A stretch of 64,000 nt of DNA from Octopus sinensis (Eukaryota). Under the pieces are notes generated by a model. That model was not told the origin of the DNA. It did no database searches and saw only the letters and a program-made list of their open reading frames with translations. Shown here piece by piece: positions 25,699 to 38,765 of this stretch (within the stretch, counting starts at the first letter, position 1; every line of letters begins with the position of its first letter). The stretch is taken from NCBI RefSeq assembly GCF_006345805.1, contig NC_042997.1:209126001-209190000 (forward strand), read 5' to 3'. The position numbers and the translations under genes were made by a program.

Positions 25699-27142
25699 CA
25701 TTTGTGGCTTAGTGGTTCGGGTATTTTGCTAACGATGAGAAGGTCAGGAGTTTGATACCTGATGGCACATTGAGTCCTTGAGCAAGACACTTTATTTCAC
25801 GTTGCTCCAGTCCACTCAGCTAGCAAACTTGAGTTGTACCTCAAAGGGTCAATATTGTCATATTCTGTGTCATGCCGAATCTCCCCGAGAATTACATTAA
25901 GGATAAGTATGTTTTGTAGGATACACATAAACACACACACACCCATATACATAACAGGCTTCTTTCAGTTTCTTTCCATCTACCAAATCTGCTCACTAGG
26001 CTTTGGTCAACCCACCATTATCATAGAAGACACCTGCCCAAGGTGCTGCACAGTGAGAGTGTGTGGATGCACATGACCTAGTGGTTAGAACAGTGGACTC
26101 GCGGTCAAGGGATCGTGGGTTCGAATCTCAGACCAGGTGATGTGTGTGTTTATGAGTGAAAAACCTAAGCTCCACATAGCTCCGGCAGAAGTTAATGGCG
26201 AACTTCTGCTGACTCTTTCACCACAACTTTCTCTCACTCTTTCTTCTTGCGTCTTGCAGCTCACCTGCAAAGGACTGGCATCCCATCCGGGTGGGGAACC
26301 TTTACGCCAAGGAAACCGGGAAACCGGCCCTTATGAGCCAAGCATGGTTTGAGAAGGAACAAACACAGTGAGATTGAACCCAAGATCACATGGTTGTGAA
26401 GCAATCCTCTAATACTGTTGCTGACAAACTAAAAATTCACAATAATCACTTCACAATGTCATAATCGGATTTTCATAATGATTTTCATTCAAATATGAAC
26501 ACATTTTAATAAGGGTGAGCTCAGGATGGGTTGGCATTAAAAGGAGCTTCCTGCTTCCTCTTTCTCATAAAGTCTTAATCTCAGGGTTTGGCTCTTCAGC
26601 GCCAATTCAGAAGATGTACAAAAATTAACTCCACATTTAAAAACCTCTTCTTTTGACAAAGCAATCAAATTAGACGATACCACCTTGTTTCATACCAACG
26701 CGGATATATATATATGTGGATATATATATATATATATGTACATACATGTATGTGTGTGTGTGTGTCCTGCAGCCCCCATTTAATCTGGTCGTACACACCC
26801 TAAAAGTAAGGAAAAGGTAGACATACTTAAACAATAGCCTCTGGCAGGGTGGCTATAAGAAGACGAGATTTAGTAAAGACTAATCCCTCTGGATTGATAC
26901 ATTATGGCTCACCTGAACAGGGGTAATTACTAGACAGACTGAATTCAACGAATGGTAGTGGTGAGAGGAGAGCTTTCTTGGGGGTGGGGCTGCCTATCCC
27001 CCGTAACCAACATCACGCGCATCTCACACACACACACGTAGACTGGAAAGAAAGATTGAAGGGTGTACAGCTTAAATAATTTGAGATTAAAAATGGGAGG
27101 AGCAACATCTTAACGTTTCATCAGACACACAGGTATTGCTAG

Positions 27143-27173
<31 letters not shown>

Positions 27174-27446
27174 CATATAAGTATATATATATATATATCA
27201 TCATCATCATTGTTTAGCGATATGTATATATATATATATATATGTGTGTATATATATGTATATATATGTGTGTGTGTGTATATGTGTGTGTGTATGTGTG
27301 TGTGTATGTATGTATGCATAAACGTATATAAGTAGTCAAACAAACACACAAATGTCCTTACTGACACTCCTTCACACACACACACAACATAAAACCCGTT
27401 AAATTTGTTTAAAATGTTATTTTAAAATGAAGCAACATTCAAGTGC

Positions 27447-27483
<37 letters not shown>

Positions 27484-28784
27484 CAAAAAGTGAATGTTAT
27501 GTGTTTGTGTGTATTTAAGAGAGTGGAGGGGGTGAGAATGTCACAGAGGTCATAGTAACCAGGTTGTCACAACCACTGCTAAGATCTTGGACTTCTGCTG
27601 CCATTGTACAGAGTAGCATGGCACCATTGAGAAGGTATTCACCTACCCGAAACTGCCCCTGGTCCTATGATACAAATTTACTGTGTTAAATCCAATCTAA
27701 AATCTTCCCTCAAAATTTCAGGTTAACTTATGCTTCAAACACCATCTTAATGTTATTTCATAAATTCTTTATTATTTCCAAAATTAATTGAAACAGCAAG
27801 GTATTTCAACAAAAATGGGGTAAGAAAAGGGTTAAAGTTATCTAAATTAAAACCTTCCTTCAAAATTTAAAACTATATTCCAAACACCAGCTTAATAACA
27901 AAAAAAAATCTTACTAAATTCATCATTTTCAAAATTAATTAAAATATAAGGCAGTTTATTTCAATATAAATATGGTACAAAACAAGGATCAACCCATTTT
28001 AGACTACTTTTTAGTTCTATGGGGTAAACTTCTTGTTGTAAAGCGATCCAAATTAAAACCTCCCGTCGGTGTATCTACACCTATTTATCTACAGCAAGAA
28101 ATTTTCTCCACAACAAAATACAGTGAACAGCTTCCTTACAGACTCAAATATACTTCAAGCATATTTGAACTGGTAATAAGTTCGTATTTATATACATCAC
28201 TGCTTTGTACCACACCCCAAAAAATAAGTATTCAGCATTAATAAATACAGTAGAATTCTATCACACATAATGTAAAGTTTTAAAAAAAACTGTTAAACTA
28301 AATTTATTCAAGCAATTAATGAACAAAATTTCTTCTTCTGAGACTTATTTAAATCTAAAAGCAAGGAAGCCATTGCAATAGAATTGGATCACTAAAACTT
28401 TACCTGGGAAGTGACTAAGCACCAAACCAATTTGCTATGGCTAAGGCATAGAGCAATGACCCATCCAGGAGGTGGTTAATCTCTCATCTGCCCTTAATGT
28501 CATGCAGGGGTGCTGGCAGTGATGATGTCAGCAGCAGTGGAAGCATTAAAAACATTGATAATCTCTTTCCTGAAAGGGGACAGATTTTATTTCATGCATG
28601 TAAAGTGATATATGAGCAATTAATTGATAAACCCCACATGTCTACTCCCTAATGACCCCTACACTCTTCCTTAAATAGCATCAATTTTTTTTTATCAGGG
28701 TTCAACCTCATCAATCTTAACAGCTTCCTGTTGAAGAAAATTAACTGATTAATATATATTTATATATAGGCCCCTTACCGATGG

Positions 28785-28818
<34 letters not shown>

Positions 28819-30324
28819 ATATAAAACAAAGGAATAGGAATTTGGAATCTGGACAGGTACCTTATGTGCATTCTGATATCATTCAGGTCTCTGTGTATAT
28901 GTATGTATGTATGGGTCTCTTCTATTTTTTAATTATTATAAATCTTCTACTGAGGATGGAGCTGGTTTCCAACAAAACTACAAGACTCCATTTTTGGGAT
29001 GTAGTTAACACAGACAAATTCACATTTGAAACTTGAGAAAAGTCTTGCATATTTTTACTGTTCCACTCACAGATTGCACTTGTAATGTAGGAATCAGCCG
29101 GTCATTTTCCCTTTCTGAAAATCCCAGTTTATCCAGATTCTCCTTTTAGTGCTCCAATTATTATTGGTATGAATATGAATTCATAGTCTGGATATAGAAG
29201 CTGGAAGTTTCAAATCAGTTGTCCATAGATATCCTCTTCTTCTTTGATTTTCTAAGAGATATTTATATCTGCAGGGCAGCTTATATTTTTTTTGTTGTAC
29301 ATGTTTCATGACGTCCTGTGCCCACAAAAGCATATATATATATATATTATTTAAATTATTATATGATTCAACGCCACGCATCCTCTTCCAAGTAAGTTAT
29401 ATATATGTGTATATATATATATATGTGTGTGTGTGTCGAAACGTGGAGTAGATGAAACTAAGGCGACAGAAGAAGGGGAATTTTCCTTGTTTTGTATGTC
29501 CTGTACTCTATCTTTTCGTTGTTTAAGAAAAATGTCCATTTCCTTGGTTTTGTGTTTATGTTTTTGTTTCTCATTGTGTTCGACGTTTTTTTGGTGTCCT
29601 GTACCCACATATGCATGTATATATACATATAAATGTAGACACGTGCATATATATGTATGTATATATGCATATATTTTATGTATTGTTTTGTTATTATATA
29701 TATATATAGATAGATTTGGTGATGCAAGCAGGAATATAGAACTCAAAATGAGAGTGTATATATTTTCTTGTATTGAAAATTGTCAGAGGTTAGAGAGTGA
29801 CTCAAGATCTGGGAGCTTTGAGTGTTTGCACTCACCAAAGTGATAAAATGTCAATACACAACACCCCTCCCAGCTTTCAAGTCACTCTCTAACTTCTGAC
29901 AATTATAAATAAAAGAAAATATATATACTTGCCGGTGACATGTAAAAAGCACTATCCAAACATGAATGATGCCAGTACCCCTGATTGGCCCCCATTCTGG
30001 TGGCACATAAAAAGCAGTATCTGAACGTGATCGATGTGAGGCCCACCTGACTGGTTCCCGTGCCAGTGGCATGTAAAAAGCAGCCTCTACACTCTCCGAG
30101 TGGTTGGCGTTAAGAAGGGCATCCAGCTGTGGAAACATTGCCAGATCAGACTGGAGCCTGGTGCAGCCGCTGGCTTTCCAGATCTCAGTCAAACCATCCA
30201 ACCCATGACAGCATGGAAAACCGACGTCAAACGATGATGATGATAACTAAGTATAAATATACACATGTACACAAACACACTTAGGGATATGTATGTGTAA
30301 CACTGTATATACACAAACCTGGAA

Positions 30325-30366
<42 letters not shown>

Positions 30367-33107
30367 TCAGCATAAATAAGGCCTATAGGTAATAACAACA
30401 GGGAAAGAATTGAAATTTCACCAGTCAGTTTTTTTTTGGGGGGGGGGAATAAGTGACTAAGTGTACCTTGGAGTAAACAACAGGGAAAAGTTAACTTCTA
30501 CTGTTTTACACACACACACACACACACAGAGGCACACATACACACATAGAGGCACACACATGCACACACACAGAATGGTGCAGACACCCACTTCTGTATA
30601 CAGATACATAAATTTCTAGAGGAAACAAGCAACATCTGTCAGGTTTGAAAGAGATTAAGGATTATTACATAATTAATCCCTTTATCTAATCCCGAAGGTG
30701 AAGAGGAGGCGGGGGATGACAGATGTCATATTTAACTGCAAAACGTGAAGTGAATGCAAGACATTTCACATGGATAAGACACTAATCCACTGAGGATAAC
30801 TTCTCCCCCAAAACACTCAACACCAGAAACATTCAATGGGGGAAATAAACGCTGTTGAGCGGGGACGGTTGCAACAAACTGTTTACAGAAGGTAAAGTTG
30901 CAATGAGATGATGATGATGATGATGTCGATCATCATCATCATCATCATCATCATCATGTTCATCATTTAATGTCGATTTTCCCCACTAGCATGGGGTGGA
31001 CTGTTTGGCAGCAACTGGCAAGGTGAGGAGTGTTTTGTCTGTTTGGGCTTGGTTTCTTACAGCTGGATCCCTTTCCGAATACCAACCACTTTACAGAGTG
31101 TACTGGGTACTTTCCACATGGCACCAGCTCCAGTGCTTTTCATGTAGCATCAACACCAGTGCTTTTCTTCATGTGGCATTAGTACCAGTGCTTTTAACAG
31201 TAATTTGTAAAAATATTTACTTGAAAACAGTTATGTCATATAAAAGAGGTCCCTTTGGTCATGTGAGTTACAAGGCAACCTCACTAGTGCTGGTGCCATG
31301 TAAAAAGGCACCCAGTTACACTCTCTCAAGGGGTCGATGTTAAGAAGGTCATCCTATTGAAGGAAGCACGAAGGCCTCTGATTTGTTGGATATGGTGGTC
31401 TGGGTCTCCTTCAGTTACAACAAGTGTTTCCATTGACTCAGTCAATGGAACAGCCTCCTTGTGAAATTAATGTGCAAATGACTGAGCACTCCCAGATACA
31501 CATGTACCCTTAATGGAGTAGTCATCAGGGAGATCCAGTGCGACACAGATTGTGACAAGGTTGGCCCTTTCAAATTCAGGTACAACTCACTTTTGGCAGG
31601 TGAGTGAACCGGAGTAAGGGCCAGCTCAAGGTACCAGCAACTAGGACAGTCACCCAGGGCGCCGAGGAGGAAATGACAAAGACAAGGAAATTTCCACGAC
31701 TATCAGCTTGTACATGCTGAAGTTCAGCTTTCCTAGGGCACCAGCAACCCTAGGCCTGGCTCTGACTGGAGCAACGTGAAATATAAAGTCCTGCTCAAGG
31801 ACACAAAGTGCTGCTGGGAACCAAAATCACAATTTTATGACCGTGAGACAAATACACTAACGAGTAGGTCACATGCCTTCACTAATGATAAATCCAAATG
31901 AAATTAGATAGCAATATTTTTTGGGGGGGAAAACACTTATGTACTTGATAAAATTCCACACAAACCAGAAAACTAATTATAAAAAGCATGCTGATATTGC
32001 AATACAATGCCAAGATTAACAAGCAAACACAAACAACAAAAAATAAACGTAAAAACTAGTAAAAAAAATAACAGTCAAAAGACCTTTGGCAGGGAAGGTC
32101 AATGTGTATTTAGTCTGTTTGTATCAAATAGCATAAACACCAAAATATATTCAGTACAGTTCTTGAAAAGGAGTCTGTGAAGGTCAAGAAATGTCAGAAA
32201 CAGATTTGGGAATTTTATTGTTGTAAACCAAATGTAAAAGATTTATAAGAAAATATGAAAAATATAAAATATTGGTTTCAAGTTTAGTAGAGGGGAAAGC
32301 ACAAGTTGATTACATGACCTCCCCCGGTACACAACTGGTACTTGTTTTATTGACCCCCAAAAGGATGAAAGGGAAAGTTGAGCTCAGTGGAATTTGAACT
32401 TGGAATGTAAAGACAGAAAAAATGCCATTAAACATTTTGCCTGAAGCAGTAACTCTTAGAATATTTAAGACAAAACTTGAACATTAGAAAATTACTATTT
32501 TTAAATCTCACAACGTCAGATATTCAGCAACGATACTTTGGAGTAAAGATTGTTTGCCAACATAACATGGCAGTCCTGGTTTAGGACAAATGTTGCTGTA
32601 ATTTAGCCCCAGGAGACACATTCATCCTAAACCAGGATTGCCATGTTATGTTAGTAAACAATCTTTACTCCAAAGTATCGTTGCTGAATATCTGACATTG
32701 TGAGATTTAAAAATAGTAATTTTCTAATTTATAGATCAGTGACTGTGTGTCACTTTGAAAACTATATATTTCAAACAGGAATTTGGCAGCACCACCTCTA
32801 GCTGGACAATTATTCTATGCTGATGAAGGGAAATAACCCAGAAATTGCGATACACAGATATTGTTTTGAGCTGAGTGGGAGTGCTAGATTCCGTTGTTCG
32901 AAAATATAAGGACACAGATTGGGTCATATAGCCAGCTGGAGACAATGTCTCCTGGGGCTCAATTACAGCAACATTCGTCCTAAACCAGGACTGCCATGTT
33001 ATGTCAGCAAATTATCTTTACTCCAAAACTTGAACATTTTTGCATATTTAATAACATATTGGTATATATATAAATATACTAATATATGGTGTGCATATAT
33101 ATACATT

Positions 33108-33145
<38 letters not shown>

Positions 33146-33359
33146 AATGTATATATGCATTTATATGTCTATAAACATATACATATGTATGCATAACAGC
33201 TGTTTCCCATACCTGCATGGGTTTGATGGTTTGACAGGAGCTTCACAGCATTCGCAGATTCCCCAGTGTTCAAGATTTCATTCATATATATAACATATGT
33301 ATGTATGTCAATATATGTGTGTGTATGTGGCAATATATATATATATTTATTTGACCAAA

Positions 33360-33740
33360 TGAGAACAAAGCCAAGACTGTGAGGAGTTTTGAAGACATTT
33401 ATAAGGAAATAGTCTCACAGATGTTTCTGGGATATAATTGATATCCCTTCATCAGAGACGGTGTGAGAAAATATTGTTCGAATTATTGTGGAAAAGGAGG
33501 AGATAGGGAAATAGGAGAATGAAAGGAGAAATAAGATATATAAAGATATTGCAGTTGCAGTTCCATTCTTCAAGGAAAATGGTGTATACAAGTGGTAAGA
33601 AAGTTCATGTTTAGTCATTTCAAAGTAAGGAGCCATGGAATCGGTGTTGCCCATTCCATAATATCCCAGAAACAGCTGTAAGGCTATTTCCTTATAAATG
33701 TTCTGAAAACTCCTCACAGCCTTGGCTTTGTTATCTCATT
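33360..33740. mobile_element. Penelope-like non-autonomous hairpin with hammerhead-like motif (33467-33412, minus)
   Basis: Terminal inverted arms (~33360-33435 and ~33660-33740). Minus strand CTGATGA-A-GGGATAT-CAATT-ATATCCC-A-GAAAC-ATC. A homologous reversed piece lies at 39155-39405. Confidence 0.55.
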
Positions 33741-33956
33741 CTGTCTAATATATATATGTACATGCTAATACAAGACCCACATTAGACTCCTCACTTGCAT
33801 CATGATCGAACCAAGAGTTTAACTATGGTCTGTCCATAGAACTTACATAGCGTTACCTGTCACTCTTTGAGTCTTTCAGATACCAATACCTCTCGTATAC
33901 ATATATACATATAAAATTTATTTCACGTTCCCGTTCATTGGACAGTTTCATAAATA

Positions 33957-33996
33957 AAACTGTCCGACGAACGGGAACGTGAAACTGAGTAACAGC
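33957..33996 (+). ncRNA. Minimal hammerhead-like motif (separate family) in the arm of a 65-nt hairpin
   Basis: CTGT-CCGACGA-ACG-GGAA-CGT-GAAA-C-TGA-GTA-ACAG: stems I and II pair and the triplet is GUA, but the core has U4>C. An inverted partial copy lies at 33921-33949. Confidence 0.5.
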
Positions 33997-34098
33997 TTTT
34001 GTTATATTTCTGCTGCTTTTAAATAAAGTATATTACTCTACCTCTGGTATTTGAGTACTCTTTTTTCCACCTTGTTTCACATTTATGTGCTTACTCTG

Positions 34099-34181
<83 letters not shown>

Positions 34182-34307
34182 GGGAGTAAATCCAAACTTA
34201 CAGGGAATAATTAGATTTAGGATTAAATCCAATTTTACAGTATAAATATAAATTAAATTAGAGATAAAACCACTATTAGGCAAATCACTATTAGGTTTTA
34301 TCTCTAA

Positions 34308-34389
<82 letters not shown>

Positions 34390-34594
34390 ATATACACAGA
34401 ACATTTTAGCAAAAGTTTTCTTCAACAAATATATTTTAAGAGACAGGCTATATGTGTGTCATGTTGAAGTTCTGAAGATAGCAAATGTAAGCACCAAAGC
34501 TCTCTTGCAACACAGCAGACTGAGACAGGCAGGCCGTATATTTTATATGAAAAAAAAAGGGATGAAAAATTTTAAAGTGTGAACTCTTCAGAGG

Positions 34595-34742
34595 ACATTA
34601 TTTACATTTGACGGATATTTGTCCTCATCCTGTTTGTTGTTAACACAACATTTCGGCTGATATACCCTTCAGCCTTCATCAGGTGTCTTGGGGAAATTTT
34701 GAACCTGGGTTCTCATTCCTAAGGTATTTTTCAATGTTTTTG

Positions 34743-34784
<42 letters not shown>

Positions 34785-35040
34785 TCACTGCTTGGAATCG
34801 AACTTGGAATCTTGGAGTTAGTAGCCTGTGCTCTTAACCACTACGCCATATGCCCATGGGCATATAATAATAATAACATCAAAAAATATCTTAGCAATGA
34901 GAACCCAAGTTCGAAATTTCCCCAAGACACCTGATGAAGGCTGGAGGGTATATCAGCCAAAACATTGTGTTAACAAACAAGATGAGGACAACTATCCGTC
35001 AAATGTAAATAATGTATATAATTCCTCATCTCTTAAATAC
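34595..35040. mobile_element. Second copy of the tRNA-hammerhead hairpin retroposon
   Basis: tRNA head 34855-34781 (-), near-intact hammerhead 34687-34642 (-), inverted degenerate hammerhead 34926-34971 (+). Direct repeat ACTCTTCAGAG at 34583-34593 and 35049-35059. Confidence 0.8.
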
Positions 35041-37921
35041 CAAACTGTACTCTTCAGAGAAGTCTAAGTCTGAGAGAAGAGCCCCTTGCAATTGCTTTAA
35101 ATCTGATCTGATGTAAAAGTAATATTCCTGTGGAAAATGGCAGAAAAAAAAATGCAATTTATAAGGCAACACGAAGAAAAAATATACTCAGTGCATCCAA
35201 GTATTTTGAAAAAATCATATTAAACACAAAAAGTTAGAACGAGATGCAAGGAAAGATAACTCCGTAAATATTAATCCTTTCAAATGTTCAACTTGCAAGT
35301 GAGTTTGTCTACTTAAGGCTGATCTTGTTAGCAACTCAACAGGAGAGAAACAGAAGCAAGCTGACGATGGATTATTGCCACCGGTAAGAAGATATGCCTG
35401 GCAGTTTGTTTGGTTGTAAAACGATATCAATTTCCTTATTCTGTGTTGCATTTAACTGAGAGGAGACATTTATTTAACAGCTGCAAATCAACAACTAGGC
35501 TAAAAACTCCAGGTTTGCTTTTCAGTTGTGTGTGTGTGTGTGTGTGTGTGCATCTGTATGAGTGTGTATATGTTGTGTGTGAGTGTGAGAGTGTGTGTAC
35601 ATCATCATCATAATCCTCATTAACATCGTTTAATGTCCGCTTTCCATGCTAGCATGGGTTGGACGATTTTGACTGAGGGCTGGCAAAACAGAAGGCTGCA
35701 CCAGGCTCCAAACTGGATCTGGCAGAGATTCTACAGCTGGATGCCCTTCCTAATGCCAGCCACACCGAGATTGTAGTGGTTGCTTTTACATGCCACCGGC
35801 ATGGGGCCAGTCAGACGGTACTGGCAATGACCTCGCTCAAATCTTTTTACACATGCCACCGGTACAGGTGCCAGTAAGGCAATGCTGGTAAAGATCACAC
35901 TCGAATGGTGTCTTTTACGTGCCACTGGCACGAAGACCAAATAGCCGCTAGGATGGTGCTCTTAATACCCTACTAGCACGGAGCTTGAGTGCCAGTAAGG
36001 CGATGCTGGTAACGATCACACTCGAATGGTGCCTTTTAAGTGCCACTGAGTGTGTGTGTACATGTATATATTTGTCTAAGTGCATAACTGTGTGTCTGTA
36101 TGAGTATGTATTTTCTTTATCTGCTCCATGGCCTCGGTAGGACCTCCAAGATTAGTGAGACTAACATGGTTAATGTGTGTGTGTGCGAATGTGAAGTGAC
36201 TGGATGACTGTTTTTGGGGAAAATGTGAAACACGCCATGCTAGTGATGAAGGCCACGACATCATCTGCAATCAACTAAGACAGGTGCAACTGTGAGGGTT
36301 TCTATGACAAAACTGTCGAGTTTAACAGAACTGGCCGATGGGTGGCAGCAAGATTGACCAAACAAAAAAGAAAAACAAAAGACATGCATGGAGAACATGG
36401 GGATAGGCCAAGCTAGGAGTAAAAGCAGCCACTGGCAAGTCTGTTTTTGCTTCTTTTTTTTATGTGTTTACCTAACTCCAGGAAATATCTCCATATAGCT
36501 CCAGCCATAACTGTAGACGGGTCTGAGACAATAATCTGTTAGAATAACAAGACAGTTTTACAACAGAACTTTGAAAGAACAAAAAAAGAAAAAAAAAAAA
36601 GAAAATAAAACAAAAAAAATAGAAGACAAAAGAAAAAAAGACAACAATACAAAACAAAATACAGAATAAAGGATTTCTTTACACAACTGTAAGTAAAGTG
36701 TGTTAAATGCGTTAATCCTTTTAATCCCAACCTGTCAGAAAATGGCCCTGTTCCTATGATACCCACTTCCTGTTCTAAAGGGATCTAACTTTAAAAAAAC
36801 CTTCCATTAAAATTTCATGTTAATTCATGTTCTAAAGAGAAATATGAGAACTAAAGGGTTAAAGTGACCGAAATTAAAATGCCTGTCCTCAACATCTGAT
36901 GTTAATTTATATTCCAGACACCAGTTTGATAAGGACAGAATCATTTTGCTAAATTCTTTATCAGTTTCAAAATTAATTGAAACAAATGAAAGTGTATTTC
37001 AACAGAAATAGGATAATGAAAGGGTTAATAGGTACAAAGGCAGAGCCTGAGGGGTCGAGCAGCGATGGTCTTTGTTGACTAAAATTGTACAATGAAGTTT
37101 TAAATTTGAAATCTCTCTCTCTCTCTCTCTCTCATACAAAAGGACAGACTACAAACAAGATTTCTCTTTGCCCTCTTAATTTCATTTACTGTGTCATGTC
37201 TGAGGTAAATTAGTGGTGACATACTTAAACTGTTTTTAACCCTTTCCATACCAACCAGCCTGAAACTGCCTCTGGGTCTGAAGTACAAATGTCTTGTTTT
37301 CTTAAGTTTTGAATTAAAATCTTCCACCAAACCTTAGTCACAATTTATGTTCCCAACACTAGCTTAATAAGTTATTTTACTAAATTCTTTGTTATATATA
37401 AAAGTAATTGAAAGAATCACAGAACATCTCAACAGAAATATGGTGACAAAAAGAGTTAACAAATGATTAATTTAACCCATTTCATACTGACCTGGCTGAA
37501 ACCACCTCTGGCTCTGTAGCACAAATGTCTTGTTTTCGAAAGTTCTCAATTAAAATCTTCCTCCAAAGCTTAGTCACAATTTATGTTCCTAACACTAGCT
37601 GAATGATAATGAACTTATTTTACTAATTTCTTTGTTATATTTAAAATGAATTGAAAGAAACGCAGATCATCTCAAAATAACTACAGTAACAAAAGGGTTA
37701 ATTCAAGAAACATTTAACTGTTTAGCATTCAGATTACTTTGGCAAATGTAATGCTTATCTATTTTCATAACATTTTAGGGTTGGTGTGGAAATCCAGTAC
37801 TGGTTTGTTTGAATGTAGAACAGGTAGAATATTTGAGCCAGATACGTCCAGTTTAAATACCAACAGGTTAAAAGAGGACTAGTAATGGATATATCAACAG
37901 ACCTGTTTACATTGATATGTA

Positions 37922-38765
37922 CAGGGTGCGGTGAATAAACTGTCATCTAAATTACGCAAAAAGGAAAATAACACTCATGTCTCATTTTAACAGATATATT
38001 TACCAAAATTGCATAAAAATATCTTGAAATACTAAAGAGTAAATTTATTCAATAAAATCGCCATTGGCTTCAACCACAGCCTCCAGGTGACTTCAGAATT
38101 TCCTGCAACTCTTCCAGACGGTCTCCTTGTTTAAGTTGGTGAAATGCTGCCATAATCCTTGCCTTCTGTTCATCTTTGGTGTTACGAGGAGTTTTGTTGG
38201 TTTCTCGCTCAACTGTGCCCCATACATAATAACCAAGGGGGTTGCAGTCTAGGGAGTTAGATGGCCAGATATTAGGGGTGATGTGGCTACAGAAATTGTC
38301 TGACAGCCATGACTGGGTTCTCTTGATTGCGTGGCCTGGTGCAGAGTCCTGTTGTCAGACATAGGGTCTTCCAGCAGCCACTCTTTTGACCCAGGGTAGC
38401 ACTACTTCCTCCAGACACTTGGCGTAGGTCTTTGTGTTGACCGTGAGGCCATGTGGGAAGATGAATGGAGGCATAATGTCACCATCACTCCAAACACCAT
38501 GATGTTGATTTGATTTTTATCATTCTCCGTACATGTTTGTATTGGAGCTTCCGACACTTCATATTCAAGCTTCCGGTGCAAATGCCAAGCAGTACAGCAT
38601 GTCGTTTAAAAATTTCTGGCTTAGTGAATTGCATCATGGTGCTGTTTTTCTCACAGACGGTGCCCAACTGACCCTACTATACTGTGTAGTCAACATCAAA
38701 AACAAACAATGTGCATGTGTGAAATTAGAAATATAAAATGGTGACAATTTACCCATTGTACCTTA
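37922..38765 (-). mobile_element. Internally deleted Tc1/mariner (DD37D, maT-like) transposon
   Basis: Minus-strand remnant MVFGV..PFIFP..QQDSAPGH..WPSNSLDCNPLG(D)YYVWG with 37 residues between the second and third catalytic positions; ~28-bp imperfect TIRs, TA flanks. Confidence 0.8.
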
